Assembly (NCBI RefSeq): GCF_030028105.1
Contig: NC_092379.1
Coordinates: 26,219,821-26,283,820 of the forward strand
From: Mobula birostris
Taxonomy: Eukaryota
Reading direction: 5' to 3'
Length of the DNA stretch: 64,000 bases
Positions 26,851 to 40,314 of this stretch are shown here, in pieces (the stretch's first letter is position 1; every line of letters begins with the position of its first letter). The translations under genes and the position numbers were made by a program. The notes under the pieces were generated by a model. That model was given only the letters and a program-made list of their open reading frames with translations, was not told the origin of the DNA and did not search any database.

Positions 26851-28354
26851 GATCATGAGCCCCGGCCCTATGTCCCGTACCCAAGTAGTGGTCCCGGCGC
26901 TATGTCCTGTACCCAAGGAGTGGTCCCGACTCTGTGTTCTGTGTAGCTGTCCATGGTTCCATGTACCTGCTCCCCGAGACCGAAGCTCTGTGTTCCCATA
27001 TTCCTCCTCTCCCTAGCACATGTCATGTCCTTGCCTGTTTCTGGGGTCCGAGCCCGAGGCAAGACCCAGGTACTGGGTCCTTGCCCAGTCTCCCGCTCGG
27101 AGTCCATACCCTAGCCTCTTCATGACTCCTCTAGTTCTGGTAGCCGATTCCTAGTCCAAGCCCAGACCCTTGGTCCCAGCCTAGTCATAGTCCTGAATCT
27201 TTTTCCAGTTCGCTATTTCCTGCTCCTGCTTTGCTCTCCTGGTATCGAACAATAAATTAAATCTAAATAACCTCACAAGATGTGTCTTGCATTTGAGTCC
27301 ACCCTTGCTCCCTAAGCCCCCGCCATTGTGACACCTTCAGCTTTCAGACGGCCCAGCACCTTCCGTAGAACGCTTCGTGGTCCTCCAAGGTGGACCCAAA
27401 CACTATGAGGTCGTCCAGAAACACCAATACCTCACGAAGTTTCATATCCCCCACAATTTTCTCCATGACACGCTGGAATTTTGCAGGACTGCTGATATGT
27501 TCTGAGACATCTTTTCTATCTGGAAGAATCCCAATGGTCATATAAATGCTGTCTTCTCGTTCTCAGCCTCACACATTGTGATGTGTTAATATCCACTCCT
27601 AAGGTCGAGCACACTGATCCACTCCGCTCCAGTCAAGCACATCGATCCTTTGGACCGTATACAGGTCGGAACGGTACATCTGTTCAGACTCCAACAGTTC
27701 ACACCCATCTGTACCTCCAATTCTTCTTCCTCACCACAACAACTCTGGACGCATAGGGGCTTCTGAACACATTAATCATCCCAGCTTCCATCAACTTTCA
27801 CAAATGGTGCAGGACTTCGGTCGCGACGTAAATATGAATTGGGCGTCTTCTGTTAGCTGGATAGTATGACGAGTGCTCTTGGAAAACCCCACATCAAACT
27901 CGGCACTGGAAAAGAAACCTTCCAGTTTCAACAACGTCTGTATCAACCTATTCTTCTGACCCCTACGTACCGAAGAGTCGCCAAAGTTGACTGACAAAGC
28001 GGTCAGCTTCGCACTTTTTTTTTTTTCCCCAATAGGTTCTCTCCTGTTTGTTTCACTGGAACACTGGACAATACTGTCACCGCGAAGAGATGCGCCGTGG
28101 GCATCCTCCGCTTGATGGTGACCTCCCTCTTCATAGCGCTGCTGCCAATCAGTGCTATCCTTTTCGCTTGTGCAGACGAGGATTTCTGCATTTCGGGTCT
28201 CACCTGTATTCCAGAGGGAAATCGCGATCCCCCCCCCCACGCCCACGTCGCGTGGTCAGGCGGAGCATCCAACATGAGACACTCGCCCGGGGACATTCCG
28301 GGAAGTTTAGGGTTTCCCATTACTCTCGCTTCTTTCCTGGGCAGGGACAGATAA

Positions 28355-28860
28355 CATAGGAACATATAAACATAGAAAATAGGTGCAGGAGTAGGCCATT
28401 TATTATGATCATGGCTGATCGTCCAACTCAGAACTCTCCCCCTGCCTTCCCTCCATACCTCCTGATCCCCGTAGCCACAAGGGCCATATCTAATTCCCTC
28501 TTAAATATAGCCAATGTACTGGCCTCAACTGTTTCCTGTGGCAGAGAATTCCACAGATTCACCACTCTCTGTGCGAAGAAGTTTTTCCTAATCTCGATCC
28601 TAAAAGGCTTCCCCTTTATCCTCAAACTGTGACCCCTCGTTCTGGACTTCCCCAACATCGGAAACAATCTTCCTGCATCTAGCCTGTCCAATCCCTTTAG
28701 GATTTTATACGTTTCAATCAGATCCCCCCTCAATCTTCTAAATTCCAACGAGCACAAGCCAAGTTCATCCAGTCTTTCTTTATATGAAAGTCCTGCCAAC
28801 CCAGGAATCAATCTGGTGAACCTTCTTTGTACTCCCTCTATAGCAAGGATGTCTTTATTC
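28355..28860 (-). mobile_element. Short 5'-truncated CR1 insertion, found only in copy B
   Basis: Encodes KDILAIEGVQRRFTRLIPG...FFAQRVVNLWNSLP and has a catagaaa tail complement. It is absent at the paralogous site in copy A (~19557). Confidence 0.92.
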
Positions 28861-29268
28861 AGATTTCTCAGGCAGCTTTCTCCAGCTTTCTCCTTGCAGC
28901 CTCCCATGAGCCTCCACACAATAGGAGTGTTGCTCCCCATAACAAAGGAAAAACCGCCCTTCTGTACGGGGTCAGCACAAATTAGTGCTACTGTATCAAG
29001 CACCTGAGCCACCCCCACATCGGCTTCCGAAAACTCCAGCTTCACCGAGAAATAAGTGAACAGGGATAATCCCTCAGACTAAGACCTCAGATCTCTCGTG
29101 CACTGAGTCGCGTCAGTGGTAAATCCGTCGAAAACTGTCAGTAAATTGAACAGTACAGCAAAGTGATCAGCGTCCCTTTGTCAAGTAAGACTCTCACATA
29201 AAAACCCTGAACTTATAACGATACACCGGAGCTTAGCCCCCTTAAGTTTTAAGGAATACGTTTATTTG

Positions 29269-29397
29269 NNNNNNNNNNNNNNNNNNNNNNNNNNNNNNNN
29301 NNNNNNNNNNNNNNNNNNNNNNNNNNNNNNNNNNNNNNNNNNNNNNNNNNNNNNNNNNNNNNNNNNNNNNNNNNNNNNNNNNNNNNNNNNNNNNNNN
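29269..29397. other. Assembly gap (129 N)
   Basis: Run of N. Confidence 1.
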
Positions 29398-31217
29398 CCT
29401 TGATATATTGCAGGGAATATGTTACCTCTGATGCGCCTGACCGTCCCCACACTGTGTCTCTTTTATGTTTTCCCAACGACTCCTTCTGCTTAGATAAACG
29501 GGGTCTCACCCTCCCAGTGATTTCCTGTCGTTCACGCTGCCGACTGAAATGTTCCTCATCACCACAGGTATACCAGTAAAACCGGCCGCTCTCCTTCTCT
29601 ACTTAGAATATCCACCTGCTTATCAGCTCCAACTCAAGTGACGATGGGGCACGCCCGCTGATAACAACGGGGAGATCTCAGTTATCAAGTCTGCCACTCG
29701 GTCACGTCGCCGCAGCGGGCTACTGCCGAAGTCTGTACCTGCTGACGGAGGCCTCCCGGACCTCTAAAGCCTTCTCCTCCTTTCGTACTTCTTTGTGCAG
29801 CTCAAAAAAAACGAGGGAGGACTGCGCGTCTTACATGACAATCAGAGACCCCAAGCGATCATGTTCAGAGACTAGTTGTCTTTCGCTATTTGGTCAGAAG
29901 CCTGCCCACTAGCACTTTCAACCAATCGCTATCGTTTTACGTCATGCGAGCACAACCACTCATCTAACAATTCAGAGATCTGTTTTGCCCAATTCTCATA
30001 CTCCTCTTCCCATTCAGGGATGAGCTTTGTTCTTGGGAGCAGGCGCAAACTACGGTAGCTGGGGATTTTTCCATTTCCTCGCCTGAGAGGTAAGGGAGGA
30101 TACTAACTCATAATGCTTACTGCTCACCGGGGGGCGGGGACTCATTAGACATTCCAAATCAGACAACTCCTTCCTCTCACTAAGCAGAAACAAGGGAATC
30201 TTGTCATTGAAGATTCCGCCTCCAACTGTGGGAGTCTCAACTTTACACGCTCCTCCTCCAGGCAGGTATTGACAGTTCACGGCAATACCAGTCCTGGGAC
30301 CCCTATAGTACCAGGCAGAGCCACTGCAGTTACGTCAGCGCTAGTCTGAACTTAAACAAAGTCTGTGCTCATATGTAATCAAATCTCCTCTCCACAATCG
30401 TACCTTTATCTACAGTTTTGAAGTACTTAAAAGTCGACCAAACAGTTCATTCTGTGAATATCTACCCCTCTCAATACACATGCATTGCCTACCGGAAACC
30501 CAGTGGATTTACACCACCGCTCAACACTGGAGGCATCCCTACTATCACAAACTTAAACACAAAACCCACTGATTCAATAATCAGAGAAATCACAGAGCAT
30601 CCAACCAAATCAATCCCGAAAGATACGCCAAAAATTGTAATACTCAGGTTCTATCGGCTGAGCAAGTCTGGGGAAGACAATTTCTGACCCCACCATATGA
30701 ATGATATTGATGTGCAAAACCTCCTGTTTGCGTTTATGCTCCGTTATATGTTACCCTCTTGCAAATCAGTACTACAAAAAAAAAAAAACGGACGGTACGC
30801 CATATACAATTACACGATTTGGCTTTAAAATTCTTAATTTCACTAAAGGGTTAATAATGTAAGACAAAAAAGGTGCAATTCTACTTAAACAGTCTAATGT
30901 GCACAACTTGGTGCTGACATTTTCCCTTCCGCTGGCTGTCCATCGGGTTCCCTGGGCTTGGTCAACTCTGGCCCCACTCCAAGTCCACACCTTTCTGGTG
31001 TCTATGACCTCTACTTTATAGCATCTTTTTTCACCATTTTCCGCCGAGGAAAGCACCTATAACACTTCGGTGTTTGGCACATACCCAGAAAATAAACACA
31101 CTCCGCCCGTTATCTTGAATTATAGCCCAAGCACTGATGCTACAAAAAGACCATTAGCAGTGCAGCCATTTGCATTGTGTTGTAGAAGCATGCGTACATC
31201 CACAGAACTTGACCATA

Positions 31218-31430
31218 AAACAATAAGATACAGGAACAGAAGTAGGGCTTTCGGCTCATCGAGTCCGCTCCGCAATTCAATGGTTGGCTGACCCAATTCC
31301 GCCTGATATCTCCAATTCACTTCTTTCATCCCGTGTTCTTTCATGCCTTCGCTAATCAAGTACTTATTTTTCTCTGCCTTAAATACACTCATTGCCTTGA
31401 CCTCCATAGCTGATGGTGGCGACAAATTCT
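31218..31430 (-). mobile_element. CR1 3' end fragment
   Basis: cataagatacaggaacagaagtaggg tail complement; ORF 31120-31425 contains VFKAEKNKYLIS. Confidence 0.7.
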
Positions 31431-31799
31431 AGAAATATACCATTCCCTGACTCTTAGCGATATTAGAAAAAGTGAGAAGTCAAGCAGACACCTGACTACA
31501 GCTAGAAGGGGACAAATCGATGGAGAACATGCCTCAAATGGCGAATGTTATGCGGCACTAGGTACGGGGCTGGAGAAGGCGCTGGAGAAGGAAACATCTT
31601 TTCTGACTTCATGAAAATGAGAATTGGACACAGCGATGGTTTGTAATGGTATAGACAATAACTGTTAGTGGGCCGCAGCTGGGCTACTGTGTGATACTTT
31701 TGTCATTAAATTGAAGAACAAAAGTGATTGTAATGCAGAAGGTGTTACGTCGGGAAGCTAGCTTATGGAAATAAACCAGAACACATTACAAACAAAAAA

Positions 31800-33420
31800 C
31801 GGATAGTTTTTTTTTTTTATACTAATATAAAGATGAGCGGGGGAGCTAACATCAACGTTGATCCCTTTGAGGACGAGAAAAGGGGAATTGATTTAGGTCA
31901 TTGGAGAAATGGATGAGACTTTGAATGACTATTTTGTGTCAATTTTCACGTTGGAGGACACATCCAACATGACACGGGAGAGATGTTATTGATCTGATGG
32001 CAGTTGAATACCTCGATACAACGGTACGCACCAAATAGGTAGTTCTAAGCAGACGTCTGGGCCTGAGGATAGATAAGTCCCTGGCACTGATGGAATGCAT
32101 CGTATATACTAAAAGCAATGGCAAATGTTCTAGTAGAGGTTTCAGTGATATTTACCAAAACTTACTGAATACTGGGCAGGACCTGGCGGATTGGAAGACG
32201 GCGAATATCAAGCCACTGTTTGAAAATGTATGCAGGCAGAAAGGGTAACTATATGCCAGGAAGTTCAATATCTGAACCTGGGAAAATGCTTGAAACTATC
32301 ATTGAAGAAGGAACGAGGCATCTGGAAAGAAATATATCCATCAGCCAGACACAGCACTGATTCAGCAAAGGCACGTATGAGTTGAAAACTTAATGGAGTT
32401 ATTTGAGGATATAACGGGAGAGGAACAGATCGATGTTATCTACTTGGATTTCTGAAAGCGATCAAGAAGATGACTCATAAAAAAAGTTATCCATAAGAAA
32501 AGGATGAGTAGATTTTCGTGTGATTTGTTAGACTGAATGGAGGATTGCATAGCCAATAGAAAACAGAGAGCGTGGGGATACATATGTGTCACTGTAGTTC
32601 AGAATCGACCTTCAGCAATGTGCTGCAGGGTTAGGTATTGGGCCCACCACTGTTCAGACATCTGGATGAGGAGACTGAGTGCAGTCTATCTAAGTTTGCT
32701 GATGATACTACAAACGGGAAAAGCAAATTGGGCCGAAGACACGGAGAGTCTGCAGACACAAATAGCTAGGTTAAGCGATTGGGCAAAATTCTGCCAGATC
32801 AAGGACATTGTTTGTAAATGTAAGGTTATTTATTTTGGAAGACAAAATGAAAGAGCAATATATTATTCTAATGATAAAACTGCAGCATGTCGTTGTGCAG
32901 ACGGAGTTGGGAATGTTTATACTTGAATCACAAAAGTTTGGTTTCTTGGCTCAACAGGCTATCAAAAAGGCAAATGGAATGCTGAGCTTTATTGCTAGCG
33001 TGATTGAATTTAAGAACAGGGAGGTCATGCTGCAAATGTGCATGGTACTGCTGAGGCTGCATATGGAGTACTGCGTGCAGTTCTGGTTCCCTAACTTGAC
33101 GAAGGAGATACCGCCTCTGGAGGTGATTAACCAGGTTGATTCCGGAGATGAGGCGGTTAGAATTTGAGGAGAGATTGAGGCGCCTGGCACTGTGCTCGCC
33201 GGAATTCAGAAGAACGAGAGGAGTCCTTAGAGAAACATATAAAATTATGAAAACGATAGATAAAATTCAGGCAGGAAATTTGTTACAACAGGTGGGTGAG
33301 ACCAGAACAGCGCATATTGCCTCACGATTCCGGGAAGAGATGTATGACTGATGAAAAGGAAATACTTTGCACAGTTTGGGCTGAGTCTGTTCAATTCTCT
33401 GCACAATGAAGCAGTGGAAG
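31800..33420 (+). mobile_element. Decayed CR1 ORF2
   Basis: Encodes skfADDT (aagtttgctgatgatac), KKANGMLSFI, HMEYCVQFWFP and LRETYKIM fragments, with many stops and frameshifts. Confidence 0.85.
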
Positions 33421-33552
33421 ACCAGTATTTGGTAACTCTCCCTTTGATTTCACTGCAAGTTTTTTGTACTAAAACTCATACAAATAGCTACAAATTTGCC
33501 CCATCATCTGCCTGTCTTTCCTGATATTAATTGACACCTGATTAGTTCCAAG

Positions 33553-35967
33553 GGTTTAGATGGGACCGAGTTTGTTAAGTGTGTCCAGGACGGATTCCTG
33601 TCACAGTATGTGGACAGGCCGACCAGGGGGAATGCAATACTAGATCGAGTACTAGGTAATGAACCGGGTCAGGTCACAGATATCTCAGTGGGTGAACATC
33701 TGGGGAACAGTGACCACCGCTCCCTGGCCTTTAGCATTATCATGGAAAAGGATAGAATCAGAGAGGACAGGATTTTTTTCTTTTAATTGGGAAAAGACAA
33801 ATTATGAGGGTATAAGGCTAAAACTTGCGGGTATGAATGGGATGATGTTTTTGCAGGGAAATGTACTATGGGCATGTGGTCGAGGTATAGATATCTCTTG
33901 CGGGATGTTAGGAATAAATCTGTCCCGGTGAGGAAAATAAAGAATGGTAGGGTCAAGGAACCATGGGTGACAAGTGAGGTGGAAAATCCAGGCAGGTGGA
34001 AGAAGGCAGCATACATGAGCTTTAGGAAGCAAGGATCAGATGGGTCTATTGAAGAATATAGGGAGGCAAGAAAGCAGCTTAAGAAGGGGCTGAGAAGAGC
34101 AAGAAGGGGGCATGAGAAGGCTTTGACGAGTAGGGTAAAGGGAAACCCCAAGGCCTTCTTCAATTATGTGAAGAAAAAAAGGGTGACAGGAGTGAAGGTA
34201 GGACCGAGTAGAGATAAAACTGGGAAGATGTGCCTGGAGGCTGTGGAAGTGAGCGAGGCCCTCAATGAATACTTCTCTTCGGTATTCACCAATGAGAAGG
34301 AACTTGATGATGGTGAGGACAATATGAGTGAGGTTGATGTTCTGGAACATGTTGATATTAAGAGAGAGGAGGTGTTCGAATTGTTAAAACACATTAGGAC
34401 AGCTAAGTCCCCGGGGCCTGACGGAATATTCCCCAGGCTGCTCCACGAGGCGAGAGAGAAGATTGCTGAGCCTCTGGCTAGGATCGTTATGTCCTCGTTG
34501 TCCACGGGAATGGTACCGGAGGACTGGAGCGAGGCGAATGTTTTCCCCTTGTTCAAAAAAGTTAGTAGGGATTGTCCGGGTAATTATACACCAGTGAACC
34601 TTACGTCAGTGGTGGGAAAGCTGTTGAAAAGACTCTTAGAGATAGGATCTATAGGCATTTAGAGAATCATGGTCTGATCAGCGACAGTCAGCATGGCTTT
34701 GTGAAGCGCAGATCGTGTCTAACAAGCCGGATAGAGTTTTTTGAGGAGGTGACCAGGCATATAGATGAGGATAGTGCAGTGGTTGTAATCTATATAGATT
34801 TTTGTAAGGCATTTGACAGCGTTCCACACTGTAGGCTTATTCAGAAAGTTAGAAGGCATGGGATCCAGGGAAGTTTGGCCAAGTGGATTCAAAATTGGCT
34901 TGCCTGCAGAAGCCAGAGGGTGCTGATGGAGGGAGTACATTCAGATTAAGGGGATTGTAACTAGTGGTGTCCAACAATGATCTGTTCTGGGAACTCCACT
35001 TTTCGTGATTTTTATTAGCGACCTGGATCTGGGGCTAGAAGGCTGGGTTGGCAGGTTTGCAGACGACACAAAGGTTGGTGGTGTTGTAGATAGTGCAGAG
35101 GATTGTCAAAGATTGCAGCGAGACATTGATAGGATGCAGGATTTGGGCTGAGAAGTGGCAGATGGAGTTCAACCCGGAAAAGTGTGAGGTGGTACACTTT
35201 GGAAGGACAAACACCAAGGCAGAGTACAAAGTAAATGGCAGGATACTTGGTAGTGTGGAGGAGCAGAGGGATGTCGGGGTGCATGTCGACAGATCGCTGA
35301 AAGTTGCCTCAGAGGTGGATAGGGTAGTTAAGAAAACTTATTGGGTGTTACCTTTAATAAGTCGAGGGATAGAGGTTAAGAGAAGCGATATAATGATGCA
35401 GCTCTATGAAACTCTGGTTAGGTGACAGTTGGTGTACTGTGTCCAGTTCTGGTCACCTCACTATAAGAAGGATGTCGAAGCATTGGAAAGGGTACAGAGG
35501 AGATTTGCCAGGATGCTTCCTGGTTTAGAAGGTATGCATTATGATCAGAGGTTAGAGGAGCTAGGGCTTTACTCTTTGGTGAGAAGCAGGATGAGAGGAG
35601 ACGAGACATGATAGAGGTGTACAAGATAATAAGAGGAATAGATAGAGTGGATAGCCAGCGCGTCTTCCCCAGGGCACCACTGCTCAATACAAGAGGACAT
35701 GGCTTAAAGTAAGGGGTGGGAAATTAAGTGGGGTATTTTAGAGAAAGTTTTTTTGACTCAGAGAGTGGTTGGTGCATGGAATGCATTGCCTGAGTCAGTG
35801 GTGGAGGCAGATACACTAGTGAAGTTTAAGAGACTACTAGACAGATATGTGGAGAAGTTTAAGGGGGGCTTATATAGGAGGCAGGGTTTGAGGTTCGGCA
35901 CAATATTGCGGGCTGAGGGGCCTGTACTGTGCTGTACTATTCTATGCTCTATGTTCTATATGTTCTA
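33553..35967 (+). mobile_element. CR1 LINE ORF2 plus 3' UTR, comparatively well preserved (longest frame 264 aa)
   Basis: ORF 33868-34662 (KGNPKAFFNYV...KSPGPDGIFPRLL...NYTPVNLTSVVGK), followed by YIDFCKAFD, FADDTK and YCVQFWSPH. It ends in a (tatgttc)n tail. Confidence 0.95.
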
Positions 35968-35989
35968 CAAATTTCACTATCTTAGATTG

Positions 35990-37400
35990 ATGCCTGTTTT
36001 CCTCTTCCTCCGCTCTATCATTCTGGTTCCCATCCCCCTGCCAAATTAGTTTAAATCCCCGTAAAAGCTCTATAAAAACCTTCCCGCCAGGATATTGGTT
36101 CCCTTTGGGTTCAGGGATAGCCTGTCCATCTTGAACAGTTTATACTTCCTACAGAAGAGGTCCCAATTATCCAAGAATCTGAAGCCCTGTCCCCTACGCC
36201 ACTCCCTCAGCCACGCATTCATCTGCCTGATCCTACTATTCTTGCCCTCGCTAGCACCTGGCACAGGTTACTCCAGAGATTATTACCCTGGAGGTCCTGC
36301 TTCTCAGCTTCCTTCCTAACGCCCAGATGTCTCTCTTCAGGACCTAATCCCTTGTCCTATCTATGTCCTTGATACCAACATGTAGCAAGACAACTGGCTG
36401 CTCGCCCTCCGCCTTCATAATATTCTGGACCCGATCCGAGACATCCTGTACCCTGGCACCTGGGTGGCAACACACCATGCGAGTATCTGTATCAGGCTCA
36501 CAGAATCTCCTGTCCGTTCCCCTGACTATGGAATCCCTTATGACTACCGCATTCCGCTTCACCCTCCTTCCCTCCTGCACAACAGCGCCAGGCTCAGTGC
36601 CAGGGTCCTGATAACCGTGGGCGTCCCCTCACAGGTTATCCCCCTCAACAGCGTCCAGAACAAGATATTTGGTGGTGAGGGGGACAGCCACAGTTGTGCT
36701 CTACACTATCCGGGCATTTCCCTTCGCTGTCTTGATAGTGACCTAGTTTTCTGAACCCTGTAGCCTAGGGATAACGACCTCCCTGTAGCTCCTGTCTATC
36801 ACCTCATCTCTTTTCCCGATAAGCAGTAGCTCATCAAGCTGCAGTTCCAGATCCCTAACACGGTCTTTGAGGAGCTGCATCTCTGTGCACCTGGCGCAGA
36901 TGTGGTCATCATGGTGGCTGGAGGTCTGCCAGGATTCCCACATCTGACACCCAGAACAAAGCCCTAACCCTGCAGGCATGCTGTCTGATTACACAGGACC
37001 GCAACAGGAAAAGTACGTCTACTCACCCACTTCCCTCGCCAAACAGACGAACTTTATAAACCGCTACCTCGTACCATTAGCTGTGTGAGCCCTGCTGTTC
37101 CTGTCTATCCGGTCGATTCGTGAAAGGGGAGGTGGGGGGAGAAAAAAAAGAAAGAGTTGGTGCTTCGCTCGCGCCTCTTCCCGTTTACCGCCGAAGCCCG
37201 TTGAACCCAAAGCCCTACACTCTGCAACCACTCACTCCGCTGTCTGACCGACAGCTGCCCGCTGTATAAGGTGGTCTCCTTTTTAAAGTCTCCACGCTGT
37301 TCTGTTATATCACGCGCCTGCGCAGTCTCGTCCTTCTTGCAGTCGGAGTGTTTTTTTTTTAAACGGCCTTCCTTCAGAATTCAGCTGCCACTCCGCTCTG
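35990..37400 (-). mobile_element. CR1 ORF1 remnant (zinc-finger/coiled-coil plus SGNH esterase domain) with 5' UTR
   Basis: CSGCQMWE...HICARCTEMQLLKDRVRDLELQLDEL; VVIRDSIVRG...CCHPGARVQDV...LHVGIKD; NAWLREW...GFRFLDNWD...LSLNPKGTNILAGRF. Confidence 0.9.
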
Positions 37401-37859
37401 TAGTCCCGATCGAAAAGAAAGCCGTAGGAAGCAATACGAGGCTTGGTCTCAACAGATTTTCCAGTTACTGGATAAATGGCAAAAGTTGAGAATAGTAGAG
37501 TGGTTAAAACGGTACTGGGTGCAGATATAGTGAGTTTACCTGAGACAGCAGATTCTTTAGCAGCGAAGACTGATTATCTGCAGCTCTGAAGGATGATTTC
37601 GGCTACCGGAAATCAGCAAATTCAATTCAGATTCAAATTCAAATTCAAAAAACGTTATTGTCATTCTAACCATACATCAGCTCTGCAGGGCAGAATGAGA
37701 GTGTTTCTCAGGGGCTGTGCAATCATAATATAATAAACGCAACACTAAATAATAAACATAACAATGAATAGTAAATCAGTTATAAGTGTCCAGTGCAAGT
37801 TAGAAGTATCCAAAGCAGACCTTAGGTTAAAGTTTAGGCGCAAATTCCAGGAGGAAATT

Positions 37860-38243
37860 GAGAAGTTATTTCCTTATGACAGTGGGGTCTGAAAAAAGGA
37901 TGCTGTCCAAGTCGCATGCCATCTTGCACAATGTCTCCCATCCACTGTGTAATGTATTGGTTTGGAACAGGAGTACATTCAGCCAGAGACTCATTACACC
38001 GAGATGCAACACAGAGCGTCATAAGAAGTTATTCCTGCCTGTGGCCATCAAACTTTACAAATCCTCCATCGGAGGGTCAGACACCCTGAGCCAATAGGTT
38101 GGTCCTGGACTTATTTCCTGGCATAATTTGCACATTACTTTTTAACTATGTATGGTTTTATTACTATTGAATTATATACGGTGCAACTGTAACGAAAACC
38201 ATTTCCCCCCGGGACCAATAATGTATGACGATGACTATGACTA
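37860..38243 (+). mobile_element. Rex1/Babar LINE 3' end
   Basis: EKRMLSK...HKKLFLPVAIKLYKSS, closely similar to the 2918-3815 element, with a gatgactatgacta tail. Confidence 0.87.
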
Positions 38244-39239
38244 TATTTACATTTGGGAGAAGTCCCTGCACAGTTTGTGCCACAAAGAGGTCAGGGGACA
38301 ATGTGAGATAAATTGCTCCAGGATAAATTAAGTGGTAAACGGCGCGCTGTCACAGGATAGGATTACGATATATATTCCAATGACCCACAAGAGGTAAGAT
38401 CCTCCATCTTTTACTAAGTTTCTGAAAGAAGCTAGACAGGAAGAACAGGTGATGGAGGAGAGAGAGTCCTCCGGCTGCAGAGCAGAGTCCTCGGTAGAAT
38501 CCACTTTTGCTAATGGCGACCCCTGATGTCGCACAACAGGAGATTTTGCAGGATGTCGAGAATGATCGAATGATCGATGTATTTCGGACGATGTCGGTTG
38601 GTGCTGCCACCAAGACGGAGACGGACGATAGTAGGCCAGACTCACTCTTTAAGGCACCAAGGCACAGAAAGTTGCGTTTTCCACTGACGACGCTGAGGTG
38701 TATTACTCTAGGAGTTCATCACAAGCTACTGAAACAATTGAGGGCTCCCTTTTCCGAGAGCTGCCACATCGGGTAGCACCAGCGGAGATGAGGATCTTCG
38801 GCTACTCTAGCTTAAACTGACGGAAATTAACTTTGGTCATGGAGCAGAGTGATCACCGCTGTTGGAAGACACCCGTGATAGGCAGGGAAAGCATATTCTT
38901 GCAGACAGGAAGAGTAGAAAATTGTGCTTAAAGCTGGAGAAGCTGAACATGGGAGGCGAACAAAGTGTTGCACCTACCCCCTAGTATGATGTGTTGTTAT
39001 AATTCACAAATAGATTGGAGGTCCTGACATCACAAAAATACGTTGAAAACTGTGCTTCTAATCATGGGCTGACAAGTTTCAATGTTATGAGAACACGGCA
39101 CTTTGGTAGGGGCAGAGGGTAACACCCCGGTTAAGATTCTTTCTTCAATACCGTAGGAATTTCATTTCTGCATTTCTGTAAAAGCGGTCTGAATCTGTTT
39201 TCAGCCTCTTTTGGGTTTGAACTGGTGATAAGAGCCTTT

Positions 39240-39600
39240 GTTGATCAACTTAGGAAAATGGTGTTATTGAATCAGATAGTGGTATTGGGAGAATTTCTGG
39301 AGAACGGTGGCAGAGGGGTTTTATGAAGCATATTGTTGGGTGCGGGAGTCGTATTTGGAGGAAGCTTGGAGACGACAAGAAGGAAGATGGCTGAGTATGG
39401 CGTCCCTGTTGCACAAGGTGCTTTTTGCAGCTATGATGTTTCACGGAAGAAGGTCCGATACGCCTGTGGGAGATCCGTTGGTATGAGATCGATTTCGAGC
39501 AATAATCGGAAGGTGTGATGTGCGTTCACGTAGACGAGGATCCAGTACCTGAATGACAGTAATGTTGAAGTTGAGCTCCAATCTAAGTGCAAAATAGGCC
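39240..39600 (-). mobile_element. Decayed dispersed repeat, homologous to 8140-8570; possibly Penelope-like
   Basis: See the 8140-8570 feature; the family assignment is tentative. Confidence 0.45.
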
Positions 39601-40314
39601 TTTCACTTCCTTCTTTCTTTTCTTTAATAAAGATGTCCTTCACTTAACATTCATGAATATATTTCTTTGTAACTGTATGTAGTGTACGATATGTTATTTC
39701 TTACCAACGGGCGATTGCCGTTGGCAGTGTATCACGACATTCACGAAAATCAGGGTTCAGTTGGGCGAGGAATCGGAACGTCAGGCATTTGGTGGGACCA
39801 GAGTCGTATACACCATAGGCGTACCTCTGATTTATAGTGCCTCTGACGTGAATTTTCATGAAATGATTCGAGAATGTGGTGGTTACGGTAAACTTCAACA
39901 GCAGTCCGCCAGGCAGTCTCGACCCATTGGATTTCTCTACAGTTGAAACTGATCTACGGCAATGGTATCTCATTTGCCGTACTTTCATCTCTATACAATA
40001 CAGATAGCAAAGCCTCGGAAGTTAGATTGTTGACTATAGTTTATACTTCAAAGTCGTATATCTGAACATTGCCGTCTGTTAGTTCCAAGAATTAAACTTC
40101 AAAGACCCGTAGCTTTCCTCCCAGCAACTGAACTGAATAGAATAATCATTGAAGAATAGACGAGAATACCTGAGACTCATCTTCACCACCGATGTCACAT
40201 AATCGGAAGTACAGCATAGACCACAACGCATTTCAGGACGTTGGGCCCACGGCGTTGTGCCGAACGTGAAATCTCCTCCAGAAGTTGCGCAGCATTCCGC
40301 AGTCGCACAGCCCT

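Larger units (their letters stand above)
25380..27332 (+). mobile_element. Solo LTR (1953 bp), family Y, containing minisatellite arrays
   Basis: TGTCA...TGACA termini with a perfect 5-bp TSD CCTTC (25375-25379 and 27333-27337). The empty site is visible in copy A (~16700). AATAAA lies at ~27250. Confidence 0.92.
21096..30640 (-). mobile_element. Ty3/Gypsy retrotransposon with PNMA-like gag, copy B (decayed) plus its 5' untranslated region
   Basis: Colinear with copy A. The gag fragment PEWEEEYENWAKQISELLDEWLCSHDVKR*RLVES (~29900-30020) matches the PNMA-family gag pattern. A possible LTR end/PBS (ttaca-atttttggcg, minus strand) lies at ~30620-30640. Confidence 0.85.

Noticed and set aside
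33868-34662. 264-aa ORF as a host gene or domesticated RT
   Set aside because: It is an internal piece of CR1 ORF2 flanked by frameshifts and stops, within an ordinary 5'-truncated copy.
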